A stretch of 64,000 nt of DNA from Eubacteriales bacterium (lineage in GTDB: Bacteria; Bacillota; Clostridia; Oscillospirales; CAG-272). The notes beneath the pieces were generated by a model that saw nothing but the letters and a program-made list of their open reading frames with translations, was not told where the DNA came from and made no database searches. The position numbers were made by a program, and so were the translations under genes. The stretch spans positions 26,618 to 90,617 of the forward strand of contig JAZRLS010000062.1 of assembly GCA_045646945.1 (NCBI GenBank), in the 5' to 3' direction. Shown one piece after another: positions 63,414 through 64,000 of this stretch. Each line of letters opens with the position of its first letter. Within the stretch, counting starts at the first letter, position 1.

Positions 63414-64000
63414 TTAAGCTTTTGTCGTACGAATCAGCGCGTGGAGCATCATTGCGGCATCGCCGCGAGTAAGTGAGGACATCGGAGAAATAGCTCCATC
63501 GCTGGTAGGAAGAATGCCCATCGCACTGAGCGAATAGACCGAGGGAGCCGCCCACGCGGGAATCTCGGCGGAATCGTCAAATACGGGAGTAATCGTCGGT
63601 GTTGCGGCATCGATCATATTGCTGAGAATCACCGCCGCCTCGGCACGGCTAATTTCCCGATCGGGGGAAAAGCGAAGCCGACCATCCGACAAAAGCTCGC
63701 CGTGCACGTAGCCAAGCTCCACTGCCGCCCCCACAAAATTCCTCTCTTCCGAGGAAAAATCGGCATCATCGGCAAACACCGTACTCTCGGTCGCCATCAC
63801 CTCGGTAATCCCCAACGATTTCATCGCCATCACAACGAATTCCCCTCTTGTCACGCTCTGCGTCGGTTGAAAATAAAGCTCCGAGCCCATTTTGGTTCCG
63901 CTCATCACGCCCGCCTCGGTCAGCGAAAGCGCGGCGGAATGACAGGGAAGATCGGTCAGATCGGCATAGCTGACCGAGGTCGACGGAGTCAGCACCGAGA
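63414..64000 (-). CDS. S-layer homology (SLH) domain protein, C-terminal part (5' end outside window)
   Basis: Three SLH-type repeats (e.g. FADDADFSSEERNFVGAAVELGYVHG, ISRAEAAVILSNMI, LTRGDAAMMLHALI). Confidence 0.75.
   Translation of the reverse strand, partial: SVLTPSTSVSYADLTDLPCHSAALSLTEAGVMSGTKMGSELYFQPTQSVTRGEFVVMAMKSLGITEVMATESTVFADDADFSSEERNFVGAAVELGYVHGELLSDGRLRFSPDREISRAEAAVILSNMIDAATPTITPVFDDSAEIPAWAAPSVYSLSAMGILPTSDGAISPMSSLTRGDAAMMLHALIRTTKA

Noticed and set aside
1-64000. CRISPR arrays, rRNA genes, IS elements with transposases, reverse transcriptase/retron
   Set aside because: I saw no array of regularly spaced short repeats. The only tandem repeats are the 198-bp coding repeats and one 26-bp-period pair. 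I also saw no rRNA-like sequence and no transposase or RT motifs in any long ORF.

Overview
Chromosomal window from a moderate-GC (about 50%) Bacillota/Clostridia-type genome, judged from the ispH::S1 fusion, an SLH protein and a Listeria-Bacteroides-repeat surface protein. Backbone genes: gyrA 3' part; an ABC-ATPase / ABC-2 permease / GldG-like / DUF4340-like operon; the ispH-S1 fusion, plsC and cmk; a flavoprotein and an RpiR regulator; several lipoproteins and membrane proteins; GtrA, rarA and serS; a partition locus mnmG-rsmG-noc/parB-like-parA-(70-aa ORF)-parB with three parS sites; a liv-type ABC operon; a 2005-aa surface protein with a uL15-like cytoplasmic tail; a zur-znuABC-type operon; and an SLH protein. 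The accessory part is a 17.6-kb AT-rich, mosaic island (21405-39023) inserted in the 3' end of tRNA-Ser(GCU) and bounded by a 23-bp direct repeat. It carries int/xis/P4-type primase-helicase, a second HTH+Rep-like module and two small serine recombinases. Its cargo looks like stacked conflict/anti-phage genes: (1) an ApeA-like HEPN protein; (2) a NACHT/STAND NTPase with unassigned N- and C-terminal domains; (3) an HNH + HEPN two-gene operon, my best candidate for an undescribed system; (4) a Zn-ribbon-amidoligase + class-II glutamine amidotransferase pair in a GC-richer sub-module; (5) an orphan FrhB-like gene behind a consensus promoter flanked by 21-bp inverted repeats next to a serine recombinase, a candidate invertible promoter. 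All functional calls come from motif recognition by eye, since no database search or folding could be run.
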